DNA of 64,000 nt, from contig JAXLQX010000003.1 of NCBI GenBank assembly GCA_046331405.1, positions 307,202 to 371,201 of the forward strand, read 5' to 3'. Position 1 is the first letter of the stretch. Every line of letters begins with the position of its first letter. This DNA is from Thermoanaerobaculia bacterium (GTDB lineage Bacteria; Acidobacteriota; Thermoanaerobaculia; Multivoradales; SZUA-115). Below are positions 50,538 through 60,903 of this stretch, in pieces. Under the pieces are notes generated by a model, which was not told the DNA's origin, searched no databases, and worked only from the letters and a program-made list of their open reading frames with translations. The position numbers and the translations under genes are program-made.

Positions 50538-51091
50538 CGAGCCTCGACCTCGGCAGGATTCAGGCGCTCGAGGAGCTCGAAGGAAGTTCTGCCTTTCCCA
50601 TACTTTCGATCGCCGCAGGCGGCAGTAGCCCGGTCCAAGGCGTCCAGGACTTCGCTCTTAGCCACTGCTTCGAGGTCCGGCCAATCGGGAAGGTGGCGCT
50701 CTCGGAGGTCCGCCCCAAAATACGATCGTAGGCAGCCGCGGTCGGCCAGGAACCAGGTCTCCATCACCTGGACCATCAGGTGAAGCTGCTCTTCCTTGCA
50801 GCCGTGAGGTGGAGTCCAGCCATCGTGTTCCTTGAGATGGTGCCAGCGGCTTCGGCCCGGGCGCACCGCCTTCTCGCTGTCGACGAGGAGGGCCGGGGCT
50901 TGCTCCGGGTTGGCCTCCTGCACCGCTCGGGCGAAAAGATCGAAGGCTCGCTCTCGACTACCGCCTCGAACCACTCTCGGCATTCGACCGCCGAGGCCGG
51001 CAGCCTTGAAAAAATGGTTCCAACCGGCACGGAACTCGACGTCCGCGAGCTCTCCCTTGCCGCCGCCTTCGATGTAGAGCTTCACCCTCAC
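50492..51091 (-). CDS. DUF4276 family protein (candidate TOPRIM-like nuclease partner of the upstream ATPase)
   Basis: VKLYIEGGGKGE N-terminus and LLVDSEKAV acidic motif, about 200 aa. GTG 51091 overlaps the ATPase stop (GTGA). The track ORF starts at 51154. Confidence 0.6.
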   Translation of the reverse strand: MRVKLYIEGGGKGELADVEFRAGWNHFFKAAGLGGRMPRVVRGGSRERAFDLFARAVQEANPEQAPALLVDSEKAVRPGRSRWHHLKEHDGWTPPHGCKEEQLHLMVQVMETWFLADRGCLRSYFGADLRERHLPDWPDLEAVAKSEVLDALDRATAACGDRKYGKGRTSFELLERLNPAEVEARCPSARSLLAFLRGS

Positions 51092-52248
51092 CAGCGATTG
51101 CCTCCCACCTCGCCCATGCTCCAGAGCTCGCCTAGGCTGTACTTCTCGAGCCACGTCGTCAGGCGGGTGCTATCGAGCCGTTCAAAACGAGACTGCCCCT
51201 TCTCCTGGCTACAAACCACCACCGAGGAAGAGGACTCCGATAGGGCATCGATCAGCAGACGAGAGTGGGTGGTCACCACCAGCTGGGTCCGTGTGGAGGC
51301 GCCGACGAGAAGCTCAGCGATATAGGGGATTACATCCGGATGGAGGCCGAGCTCCGGCTCTTCGATCGCCACCAGGGGCGGAGGCTCGGGGTGCAGCAGG
51401 ATCGCCAACAGGCAGAGGTAACGCAGGGTGCCGTCGGAGAGTCGAGTCGCCGGGATTTCCCGCCCGCTCGCCTCAGCCAGGAAGAGCAGAACGTTGCCGC
51501 CGTCGATAGTGAGATGAACGTCTTCGATCCCGTCGTAGAGCCGGGCCAGGGACTCCAGCAGCTCGCGCTTGACCCTGGGGCGGATCTTCGACAGCACCAG
51601 GGCCAGATTGTCACCACCGTCGTTCAGCTGGTCGCTCCGGCCATGGGTGCTTTGCTCGCGCCTCAAGGGCGCTCCCGGCCCGAACCACCAATTGCGATAC
51701 AGCCGGATGGCCTCGTAGTGCTCTTGAAGAAAGGCGAGAACTGGATAGCGTTCCGGGTCTCTCACTTGCGAGAGGATGGACTGCTCCGGCTTGACGCTCT
51801 CGCGCTTCAGCCCCCGTTCCTTCTTCGAGAGGTCGTTGAGCACCGGGTGGCCCTGCTGGAACCTGTAGTAGAAGTACGGCTCCGAGTAGCCCGGCTGGGG
51901 ATCGCGATTCTCGATGCGCTCGTCCAGCACTTCGAAGCGCTCGGCGTGCTCGGCTATTTCGAGGTAGTGACGAAGCGACGGCCCTTTGGCCTGCCGCACG
52001 GTGGCTTCCAGGGTCGCGAGGCGCGGCGAGCCCGGGCCTTTCCACAGCCATTCCCGCACGCCCCCCATCTCCTTGACGGGCTGGGGCAGGTGGGTGGGCG
52101 CCGCCTTGAGCAAGGCGAGCACTTCGAGCAGGTTCGACTTGCCCGAGCCGTTAGGGCCGATCAAGACGTTGAGAGGCTGGAGCTCGAGGTCGATGCCTTC
52201 TGGTCCGAACGAGAGCAGGCCACTTACCCTCAAGCGCTCGATCAGCAT
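51088..52248 (-). CDS. ABC-type ATPase of the AAA_21/SMC-like family (OLD/RloA/AriA-like)
   Basis: Walker A GPNGSGKSN, signature-like LSDGTLRYLCLL, Walker B PPLVAIEEPELGLHP, H-loop LVVTTHS. Start at ATG 52248 (MLIERL...) with AAGGGG upstream. GC about 60% versus about 70% in flanks. Confidence 0.75.
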   Translation of the reverse strand: MLIERLRVSGLLSFGPEGIDLELQPLNVLIGPNGSGKSNLLEVLALLKAAPTHLPQPVKEMGGVREWLWKGPGSPRLATLEATVRQAKGPSLRHYLEIAEHAERFEVLDERIENRDPQPGYSEPYFYYRFQQGHPVLNDLSKKERGLKRESVKPEQSILSQVRDPERYPVLAFLQEHYEAIRLYRNWWFGPGAPLRREQSTHGRSDQLNDGGDNLALVLSKIRPRVKRELLESLARLYDGIEDVHLTIDGGNVLLFLAEASGREIPATRLSDGTLRYLCLLAILLHPEPPPLVAIEEPELGLHPDVIPYIAELLVGASTRTQLVVTTHSRLLIDALSESSSSVVVCSQEKGQSRFERLDSTRLTTWLEKYSLGELWSMGEVGGNRW

Positions 52249-52336
52249 CGGATTACCCCTTCTGTAGGCGAGCCTCGAGCCGCGCAACGGCTCGACAATT
52301 CCCTAGAGTCGGCTCCCAGTGTAGCCCGGCCCCCGC

Positions 52337-53628
52337 CTACAGCACCACTCGCCGGCCGGCGAGGTAGGTGGCTACGGCGGCTCCGCGCAGCTTCCAGCCG
52401 GCGAAGGGGGTGTTGCGGGACTTGCTCTGGAACCGGCTGGGGTCCACCACCAGCTCGCGCTCGAGGTCGATCAGGGTGAGGTCCGCCATATTGCCGCGGC
52501 GCAGGCTGCCGGCCTCGAGGCCGAGCACGCGGGCCGGGGCCACGGTCAGGGCCTCGATCACCCGGCCGAGGGACACCAGGCCGGGGCGCACCAGGCGGTC
52601 CAGCACCAGCGGCAGCGTGGTCTCCAGGCCCACGATGCCGAACGGGGCCTGGGTGTAGTCGCGGTCCTTCTCGTCGGCGTGGTGCGGCGCATGGTCGCTC
52701 GCGATCACCTCGATCGAGCCGTCGGCGAGGCCGGCCACCAGGGCCTCGCGGTCTTGCTCGGAGCGCAGCGGCGGCTTCATCTTGGTGTTCGTGGAGATGC
52801 CGCTCTTGGCCACCTCTTCGTCGGTCAACAGCAGATGGTGGGCCGAGACTTCGCAACTCGCCGCCACGCCTCGAGCTCGCGCGGCGCGCACTAGCTCGAG
52901 CCCGCGGGCGGTCGAGGTGTGCTGCAGGTGGTAGCGGCCGCCGGTCTCCTCGGCGAGGATCAGGTCCCGGGCGATCAGCACGTCCTCGGCCACGCCGGGG
53001 ATGCCGGGCAGGCCGAGGCGGGTGGACCACATTCCCTCGTGCATCACCCCGTTGCCGGTCAGGGCCAGGTCCTCGGCGTGCTGCATCAGCGGTCGGCCGA
53101 AGTGGCGGGCGTAGAGCAAGGCCCGGCGCATCAGATCCGAGTTCGCCACCGGCAGGCCGTCGTCCGAGAAAGCAGCGGCTCCCGCCTCCACGAGTTCGCC
53201 GAACTCGCAGAGCTCGGCGCCCTTCTGCCCTTTGGAGACCGCCGCCACCGGATGCACCCGCGCGTAGCCATGGCGCGCGGCCTGGGTAAGGATGTGCTGG
53301 GTCACCGCCCGGTTGTCGTTCACCGGCACGGTGTTGGGCATCGAAGCCACGGCGGTGAAGCCGCCGGCCGCCGCGGCGCGGGTGCCGGTCTCCACGGTCT
53401 CCTTGTACTCCTGGCCGGGCTCGCGCAGGTGGACGTGCAGGTCGATCAGCCCGGGAGCCACCACCAGGCCGGCGGCCTCCACCACTTCCACCTCCGCCCC
53501 CACCGGGATCGACTCCGCTACCTCGGCGACCCGGCCGTCCTCGATCAGAAGATCGCGCCGGCCGTCGATCCCGAGGCTGGGATCGAGCAGGCGGCCGCCA
53601 CGGATCAAGAGCCTGCCTTTCGCGGGAG

Positions 53629-53632
<4 letters not shown>
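52337..53632 (-). CDS. pyrC: dihydroorotase
   Basis: Amidohydrolase HVHLREP motif. ATGA overlap with the pyrB stop. Confidence 0.8.
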
Positions 53633-54566
<934 letters not shown>

Positions 54567-54570
<4 letters not shown>

Positions 54571-55130
54571 CCGTGGTTCTCCCGGTCGAGCAATTTCACC
54601 ACTTCGGCCCCGTCGTCGGTGGCCGGGAAGCAGACCTTGATCACCTCGTTCGCGCTGGTGGGGATCTCGAGGCCCACCAGATCGGCCTGGATCGGCAGTT
54701 CGCGTCGCCCGCGATCCACCAGCACCGCCAGGCGCACCGCCCGCGGCCGGCCGTAGTCGGTCAGGGCGTCGAGGGCCGCGCGCACGGTGCGGCCGGTGAA
54801 GAGCACGTCGTCGCACAGCACCAGGGTTCGATCGTCGATCGACACCGGGAAGCGGGTGTCCTTGACCACCGGCTGGGGCGCCACCAGGGAGAGGTCGTCG
54901 CGGTAGAGGGTGATGTCCAGGGTGCCGATCGGCACCTCGATGCCCTCCATCGCCCGGATCTCCCCGGCGAGCTTCTCGGCGAGCGGCACGCCGCGGGTGC
55001 GGATGCCCACCAGCACCAGGTCGGTAGTGCCTTGATGCCCCTCCACCAGCTCCCCGGCCATGCGGCGGATCACCCGTCGCATCTGGTCGGCATCGAGCAG
55101 GATTTTCTTGGTGTAGAGGTTGGAAGCCAT
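54567..55130 (-). CDS. pyrR: bifunctional pyrimidine operon regulator / uracil phosphoribosyltransferase
   Basis: PRTase fold ([13 protein letters not shown]...[12 protein letters not shown]), 187 aa. Confidence 0.85.
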
Positions 55131-55298
55131 GGGCGCCGAAAGATCCGCGGCATGCTATTCCCGGCCCCCGGTCTTGTCAAACGGCTGCCCTCCGTGGCCA
55201 CCGGGGCGCGCCGGCCGAGTGGCCGCTCTTGGCCGTGGCGCGGCCTGGGCTGTTAAGATCACCCCCCGGAGCCCCACCCTGACCGAGCGAGCGCGAGG

Positions 55299-55865
55299 AT
55301 GACCGCGAAAGACCCGAAGACCGAAAGCCTCAAGGCGTCAGGCGCCGCTACCGGCTGGCGCCGCTACCGCCAGGAGCTGACCTTCTTGCTGCTGTTCCTC
55401 GGCCTCCTGGCGGCGAGCTTCACCCTCATCTCGCTCAATTGGGTCAACGACCATCTGATCGAGCCCTTCACCGCCGCCATCGCCCAGGTGAGCGGTGTCA
55501 CGCTCAACCTGCTCGGCCAGAACATCCGGATGCAGGACACCTTGATCCTCGGCCAGCGCTTCTCGGTGAACATCAAGAACGGCTGCAACGGTGTGGAGGC
55601 GATGCTGATCTTCTTCTCGGCCATTCTCGCCTTCCCGGCCTCCTGGCGTTCCAAGCTCGCCGGCCTGGGCATCGGCCTGGTGATCATCCAGTTGGTGAAC
55701 CTCGTCCGCGTGGTGGCGCTGTATTTGACCGGCGCCTACTTCCCGAAGCTCTTCGATGCCTCGCACACGGTGGTCTGGCAGAGCCTGGTGATCCTCGCCG
55801 GCGTGCTGCTGTGGATCTACTGGGCCAATCGCTTCGCCGAGCCGCGCCGCCCGGCCGCCGCCTGA
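55299..55865 (+). CDS. possible short exosortase/archaeosortase-family membrane protein (XrtH-like)
   Basis: 5 TM helices. NGCNGVEAML with a candidate catalytic Cys, plus N..R in a later TM (IQLVNLVRVV). Size matches the short exosortase variants. Confidence 0.4.
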   Translation: MTAKDPKTESLKASGAATGWRRYRQELTFLLLFLGLLAASFTLISLNWVNDHLIEPFTAAIAQVSGVTLNLLGQNIRMQDTLILGQRFSVNIKNGCNGVEAMLIFFSAILAFPASWRSKLAGLGIGLVIIQLVNLVRVVALYLTGAYFPKLFDASHTVVWQSLVILAGVLLWIYWANRFAEPRRPAAA

Positions 55866-55890
55866 GGCCGCCCCGAGGAAGGAGCCCGCC

Positions 55891-56472
55891 GTGGCCGCAA
55901 CCTCCAGCTGGGCCTTCCGTTTCAGCCGCAACGTGCTGCTCTGGCTGGTGCCGTGTTTCCTTTTCTGGAGTGTCCTCACCGGCTTCTACAATCGCTTCCT
56001 GACGGTGAGCGCCCAGAACCTGCTGCATCTGGGCGAGAGCCCCAACGTCACCCAGCTGCTCAAAGAGGACCTGCACTACATCGGCGTCTCCCGCAGCGAC
56101 TTCCCTCCCGGCAAGGGCGTGCTCTACCGGATCCGCGTCACCGACGTCCACTTCCACCTCTACCTGCTGTTCGCCCTCTTCCTGGCCGTGCCGGACGTGC
56201 CTCTGAAGGAACGCCTCTCGGCCCTCGGCTGGGCCTGGCTGGTGGCCGTGTTCTTCGAGATCACGGACCTCTTCCTGTGGGTGAAGTTCGTCTACGCCAC
56301 CCAGCTCGGCAGCTGGAGCGCCGAGCACTACAGCTCCTTCGGCCAGAACTTCTGGGGCCTCGGCAAGCACGTCTTCGACCTGCCCTTGAAACTCGCCTTG
56401 CCCTTCGCTCTCTGGATGGCCTTCTTCTACCGCCGCCTGCCCTTCTTCGCCCAGCGCTCGGCGTCGAGCTGA
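55891..56472 (+). CDS. polytopic membrane protein, possibly exosortase-associated
   Basis: Adjacent on the same strand to the putative exosortase. 5 TM helices, no known motif. Confidence 0.4.
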   Translation: MAATSSWAFRFSRNVLLWLVPCFLFWSVLTGFYNRFLTVSAQNLLHLGESPNVTQLLKEDLHYIGVSRSDFPPGKGVLYRIRVTDVHFHLYLLFALFLAVPDVPLKERLSALGWAWLVAVFFEITDLFLWVKFVYATQLGSWSAEHYSSFGQNFWGLGKHVFDLPLKLALPFALWMAFFYRRLPFFAQRSASS

Positions 56473-56583
56473 GGGCCCACGGGCCGGGATGACCCCGATC
56501 CGCCCACGAAATATTGGGGCTCGCATCGCCCTAGGCCCTACAGGTTGTGGTTTCGCGGCGGGCTCTGCTATCGTCCCGGCGAC

Positions 56584-59500
56584 ATGTTGCATCTCGAGCA
56601 GATCGAAATTTCAGGCTTCAAATCGTTTGTGGATCCCGTCCGCCTGGGCTTCCGGCCCGGGGTGACCGGCATCGTGGGGCCCAACGGCTGCGGCAAGAGC
56701 AACCTCTCCGAAGCCATCACCTGGGCCATGGGCGAGCAGAGCGCCAAGACCCTCCGCGGCGACAGGATGGAGGACGTCATCTTCAACGGCTCCGAGCGCC
56801 GCAAGCCGCTCGGGATTGCCGAGGTGACGCTCGTCCTGCGTACCGACACCCCCCTGCCGGCCGCCGAGGAAGGGCGCATCAGCCTCAGTCGACGGGTGTT
56901 TCGGGACGGCGAGAGCCAGTACAAGATCAACGGCAGGAACGCCCGCCTGAAGGACGTCAAAGACCTGCTGATGGACACCGGCCTGGGCATCCGGGCCTAC
57001 TCGGTGATCGAGCAGGGCCGGATCGGCATGATCCTCTCCGGCAAGCCCCAGGAGCGCCGGCGGCTGATCGAAGAGGCGGCCGGCATCACTCGCTACAAGG
57101 TGCGCAAGCGCCTGGCCGAAGTGAAGCTCGAGGAAGCCACCGCGAATCTGCTGCGCCTGGCGGACATCATCGCCGAGGTGGAGCGCAATCTGCGCAGCCT
57201 GAAGCGCCAGGCCTCCGCCGCTGCCCGCTACAAGGAAAAGGAGATCGAGCACCGGGCCCTGCTCGAGCAGGTGCTGACCGGCCGCTGGGGCCGCCTGCAC
57301 AGCCAGCTGACCGCCCTCGCCCGCGAGATCGCCGAGGCTTCGGACGGCGAAACCGGCCTCGCCGCCGAGATCGCTCGCCGCGAGGCCGAGCTCGCCGCCG
57401 GCCGCGAGGGGCTCGAGCGCAGCTCCCGCGAGCTCGCCGCCGAGCACGAGCGGGCGAGCTCCCTGGGAGCCCGCATCGAAGGCCGCCAGGAGTTCGTCAA
57501 GGCTCGCCGGGCGAGCCTCGGCGAAGTGCGCGAGCGGGCCGTCTCCTGCCGCGACCTGGCCGCCGAGCGGGGCCGCCAGCTGGCCGGCTTCGCCGAGACG
57601 CTCGAGACTTTGCGCCGCCGCCGGCTCGAGCTCGCCGAGGAGCTCGCCTCGATCGAAGACCAGGTGGGAGCCGGGGCCGAACGCCTGGCCGACGCCGAGC
57701 AGCTCGCCCGCCAGGCCAACGCCGAGCTCGAGGGACGGCGCCGGGAGCTGCTGGCCCTCTCGACCGAGCTCACCAGCCTGGGCAATCGGGTCCAGCAGGA
57801 GCAGATGGAGCGGGAGCGCGGCACCGTGCGCCTCTCCCACCTCTCCGAGGAGCTCGAGAAGGCGAGCTTCGAGGCCAGCTCGGCCGTGGAAGCCGCCGAG
57901 CTTGCCCGGGAGCTGGTGGCCACCCTGGGCCGGCGAATCGCCGAAAAGGAAGCCGAGATCGCCGGCCAGGAGGCTGCCCTCGCCCGCGCCCTCGAGCAGG
58001 AGGCCGCTGCCGGCGAAGAGCGGCGCCGCCTGGAAGGGCGCCTCGTCGAGCTGCGCTCCCGGCTCAAGCTGCTGGGAGACCTGGCGGAGGCCCACCGCAA
58101 GAGCCGCGCGGCCCTGGAGGAGGCTCTGAGCGCAGCGGGCTTCGCCGAGCCCCATTACCTGGCCGAGGCGCTGCGGGCCCCGGCCGGCTGGGAGCACAGC
58201 CTGGACTTCTTCCTCGGCCGCCTGGAGGACGCGGTGCTGCTACCGGCCGGCGAAGGCGCCCTCGAGGCCGCCCGCACCCTCGCCACGGCCGGCACCGGCT
58301 CGCGGCCCCAGGCCGTGCTCGCAAGCCCGCTCGCCGCCCCGGCCGAGGGCGGGCTGGAGGTCGAGGATGGAGCCATCGTGCTGAGCCTCGCCCAGGCCCT
58401 GGGGCTGGGCCCCGAGCTCGGGGGCACCCTGCCTCCGGCCTATCTGGTGAAGACGGCGGCCGACGCCGAGCGCCTGGCCCGCAGGCACCCCGGCCCGGCC
58501 TTCCTCTCTCCCGAGGGAGTGTGGGCCCAGGGCGGCCTCGTCCATCTCGAAGGTTCCCGGCTGGTGCCCGGCGTGCTCGAGCGCGAGCGCGAGGAGGCCG
58601 AGCTGGCGAGCGCCCTGCCGGACCTCGAGCTCGCCCTCGCCGAGGCGATCGAGGCCCTCGAGGCGCGGATCGACGAGCGCGCCACCCTCGCCCGCGACGC
58701 CCACCGCCTGGATGCCGAGCTCGCCGAGCTCAAGCAGCAGGCTGCGGTGGCCGCCGCCCGGCTCTCGGACGCCGAGGTACGGCGCGACAAGCTGGCCCTG
58801 CTGCGCGGCCAGATCGCCACCGAAAAGGGCGAGCTCGCCGGCCGCCTCGGGGCCCTCGACGAACGCCACGAGCTCACCCGCCAGGAACTCGCGCGGGGCG
58901 AGGAGCGCCGAGCCGAGCTCGCCGAAGCGCTGGACCTCGCCCAGCGTGCCCTCGACGCCGCCAAGGGCGAGCGCGAGCACGTGCGCACGGAGAACGCCGG
59001 GGTGGAAGGCCGGCTGAACCTCGCCCGCGAGCGCCTGGCCTCTCAGGAGCGCGAGATCGCCCGCCTCGAGAGGGACCGCGAAGAGGGCGAGCGGCAGATC
59101 CGCCTCTGGGGCGAGGAAGCGGAGCGCCTCGAGGGCAGGAGCGGCGAGCTCGAGAACGAGATCGCCCGCGCCGAAAGCGAGCTCGCGAGCTTCCTCGCCG
59201 AGCGCGTGACCGCCGAAGACGCCGTGCTGGCCGGCCAGGACAAGGTGGACGAGGCTCGCCAGGCGGTGAAGAGCCTCGAGGAGGCCGTCGCCGGGCTGCG
59301 CGAGCGCCACGACGCCGCCCGCCGCGCGCTCGAGGAGCTGCGCATCCGCGAGGCCGGTCAGGAGCGGGAAGCCGACAATCTCGCCTCTCAGTTCCGCGAG
59401 AAGCTGGGCGCCGAACCGCCCGAGCCCTCCGCCCTGCTCCACCCGCCCACCGACCTCGCCGAGCTCGAGGCCGCCCTGATGCGCACCCGCGAGGCGCTCG

Positions 59501-60135
59501 AGAGGCTCGGGCCGGTCAATGCCCTGGCCGCCGAGGAATACGCCGAGAACGAGGAGCGCTACGGCTTCCTGACCACCCAGCGTGCCGACGTCGAGAACTC
59601 GATCGCCAGCCTGAAGAGCACCATCCGCGACATCAACCAGGCCTCGAGCGAGCGCTTCCAGGAAGTCTTCGCGGAGGTGAACCGCAACTTCGGCGAGATC
59701 TTCGAGCGCCTGTTCCGCGGCGGCGAGGCCGAGATGCGGCTGCTCGACGAAGAGGACATGCTCGAGAGCGGCATCGAGATCCTCGCCCGCCCCCCGGGCA
59801 AGCGGCTGCAGAACATCATGCTGATGTCCGGCGGCGAGAAGGCGCTCACCGCCATCGCCCTGCTCTTCGCCCTGTTCCGCACCAAGCCCTCGCCCTTCTG
59901 CATCCTCGACGAAGTGGACGCGCCACTCGACGACGCCAACGCCGTGCGCTTCGTGGAGCTGCTCAAGGAGATGGCCGGCGAGACGCAGTTCATCGTCATC
60001 ACCCACAACAAGATCTCGATGCGCATCGCCAACCAGCTCTACGGCGTGACCATGGAAGAGCGCGGCGTTTCGAAGGTGGTAGGCGTGGCGATGGACAACG
60101 TGCAACCCGAAGGAGCCCTCGCCGCCACGGCCTGA
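56584..60135 (+). CDS. smc: chromosome segregation protein SMC
   Basis: N-terminal Walker A GPNGCGKSN, long coiled-coils, hinge, and C-terminal LSGGEKALTAIALLFAL...DEVDAPLD. Confidence 0.9.
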   Translation: MLHLEQIEISGFKSFVDPVRLGFRPGVTGIVGPNGCGKSNLSEAITWAMGEQSAKTLRGDRMEDVIFNGSERRKPLGIAEVTLVLRTDTPLPAAEEGRISLSRRVFRDGESQYKINGRNARLKDVKDLLMDTGLGIRAYSVIEQGRIGMILSGKPQERRRLIEEAAGITRYKVRKRLAEVKLEEATANLLRLADIIAEVERNLRSLKRQASAAARYKEKEIEHRALLEQVLTGRWGRLHSQLTALAREIAEASDGETGLAAEIARREAELAAGREGLERSSRELAAEHERASSLGARIEGRQEFVKARRASLGEVRERAVSCRDLAAERGRQLAGFAETLETLRRRRLELAEELASIEDQVGAGAERLADAEQLARQANAELEGRRRELLALSTELTSLGNRVQQEQMERERGTVRLSHLSEELEKASFEASSAVEAAELARELVATLGRRIAEKEAEIAGQEAALARALEQEAAAGEERRRLEGRLVELRSRLKLLGDLAEAHRKSRAALEEALSAAGFAEPHYLAEALRAPAGWEHSLDFFLGRLEDAVLLPAGEGALEAARTLATAGTGSRPQAVLASPLAAPAEGGLEVEDGAIVLSLAQALGLGPELGGTLPPAYLVKTAADAERLARRHPGPAFLSPEGVWAQGGLVHLEGSRLVPGVLEREREEAELASALPDLELALAEAIEALEARIDERATLARDAHRLDAELAELKQQAAVAAARLSDAEVRRDKLALLRGQIATEKGELAGRLGALDERHELTRQELARGEERRAELAEALDLAQRALDAAKGEREHVRTENAGVEGRLNLARERLASQEREIARLERDREEGERQIRLWGEEAERLEGRSGELENEIARAESELASFLAERVTAEDAVLAGQDKVDEARQAVKSLEEAVAGLRERHDAARRALEELRIREAGQEREADNLASQFREKLGAEPPEPSALLHPPTDLAELEAALMRTREALERLGPVNALAAEEYAENEERYGFLTTQRADVENSIASLKSTIRDINQASSERFQEVFAEVNRNFGEIFERLFRGGEAEMRLLDEEDMLESGIEILARPPGKRLQNIMLMSGGEKALTAIALLFALFRTKPSPFCILDEVDAPLDDANAVRFVELLKEMAGETQFIVITHNKISMRIANQLYGVTMEERGVSKVVGVAMDNVQPEGALAATA

Positions 60136-60144
60136 GGAGAGGGC

Positions 60145-60552
60145 TCAGCCAAGAAGCGAGATCACTTCGAGCCCTGGAACACGGCGGAAGTGACGCTCGT
60201 TGCCGGTTACTACAGGCATCGAGTTGGCGAGCGCCGTGGCGGCGATCCAGAGGTCGTTGGCGCCGATCTGGAGGCCGTTGGCGCGCAGATAGCGGTCAGC
60301 CTTGCCGTACTCCCAGCAGACCTCCAGGGTAAGGGGGAGAACCTGAAGAGGAGCCAAGAGGGCTTCCCACCGCACCCTTTGCCCAACGCTGTAGCCAGCT
60401 GCAAGCTCGCCCACCACGGTGGCCGTCGTGAACAGGCCGCTGTGCTGGTTCCTCTCCAAAAAAGTCTGAGCTGGTCCCGCCTCGGTTCTACGGTCCCTCT
60501 CACGCGTGAGCGCGATCAGGAAGCTAGTCTCGAGGATCAGGGCTGGCGCCAC
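60145..60552 (-). CDS. vapC: PIN-domain toxin (VapC-like)
   Basis: LILETSFLIAL...TTATVVGELAAG...DLWIAATALANSMPVVTGNERHF. GTG 60552 start; overlaps the antitoxin 3' end by 16 nt. Confidence 0.7.
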   Translation of the reverse strand: MAPALILETSFLIALTRERDRRTEAGPAQTFLERNQHSGLFTTATVVGELAAGYSVGQRVRWEALLAPLQVLPLTLEVCWEYGKADRYLRANGLQIGANDLWIAATALANSMPVVTGNERHFRRVPGLEVISLLG

Positions 60553-60785
60553 TTGTCCTCCGGGGGCGCATCCCTGCGCTTGAGCTCTTCGATCTCTCGA
60601 ATCCCTTCTTCGGAGAGCAGCGGGCCGCGCTGGCGAACCAGCTTGAGGAACTCCCCGGCGGTGATCGGCTGCTCGGGCCAACGAGCTCGCAGGATCACCT
60701 GGCTGAACGACTCCTCGGGCCTCTGGCGGGCCGAGCGCAAACGCTCGTAGGCAGGCAGGCTGAGCGAGATGGTCTTTGTGGACAT
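60537..60785 (-). CDS. vapB: type II antitoxin (VapB-like, partner of PIN toxin)
   Basis: MSTKTISLSLPAYERLRSARQRPEESFSQVIL, 82 aa. Start ATG 60785; the longer track ORF 60537..61058 is read-through. Confidence 0.6.
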   Translation of the reverse strand: MSTKTISLSLPAYERLRSARQRPEESFSQVILRARWPEQPITAGEFLKLVRQRGPLLSEEGIREIEELKRRDAPPEDKWRQP

Positions 60786-60903
60786 CCATGCACTATGCAT
60801 GCACTGTGTGGAGGCGTCAAGCACCTCGCTTCGCCGATTGGCACCGGGCCTCGTCCTGGGGCAGACTTGGAGGCGTTTGGCCCCAACTGCGAGGAGAACC
60901 CAC

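Noticed and set aside
54571-54816. 82-codon N-terminal extension of pyrB
   Set aside because: It is low-complexity and overlaps pyrR in another frame. The ATG at 54570 gives the canonical ATGA coupling and a normal PyrB N-terminus.
55131-55298. PyrR binding loop / attenuator in the pyrR leader
   Set aside because: The best match (GCCACGGAGGGC) has 2 to 3 mismatches to UCCNGNGAGG and I cannot fold it convincingly. It is kept only as a low-interest note.
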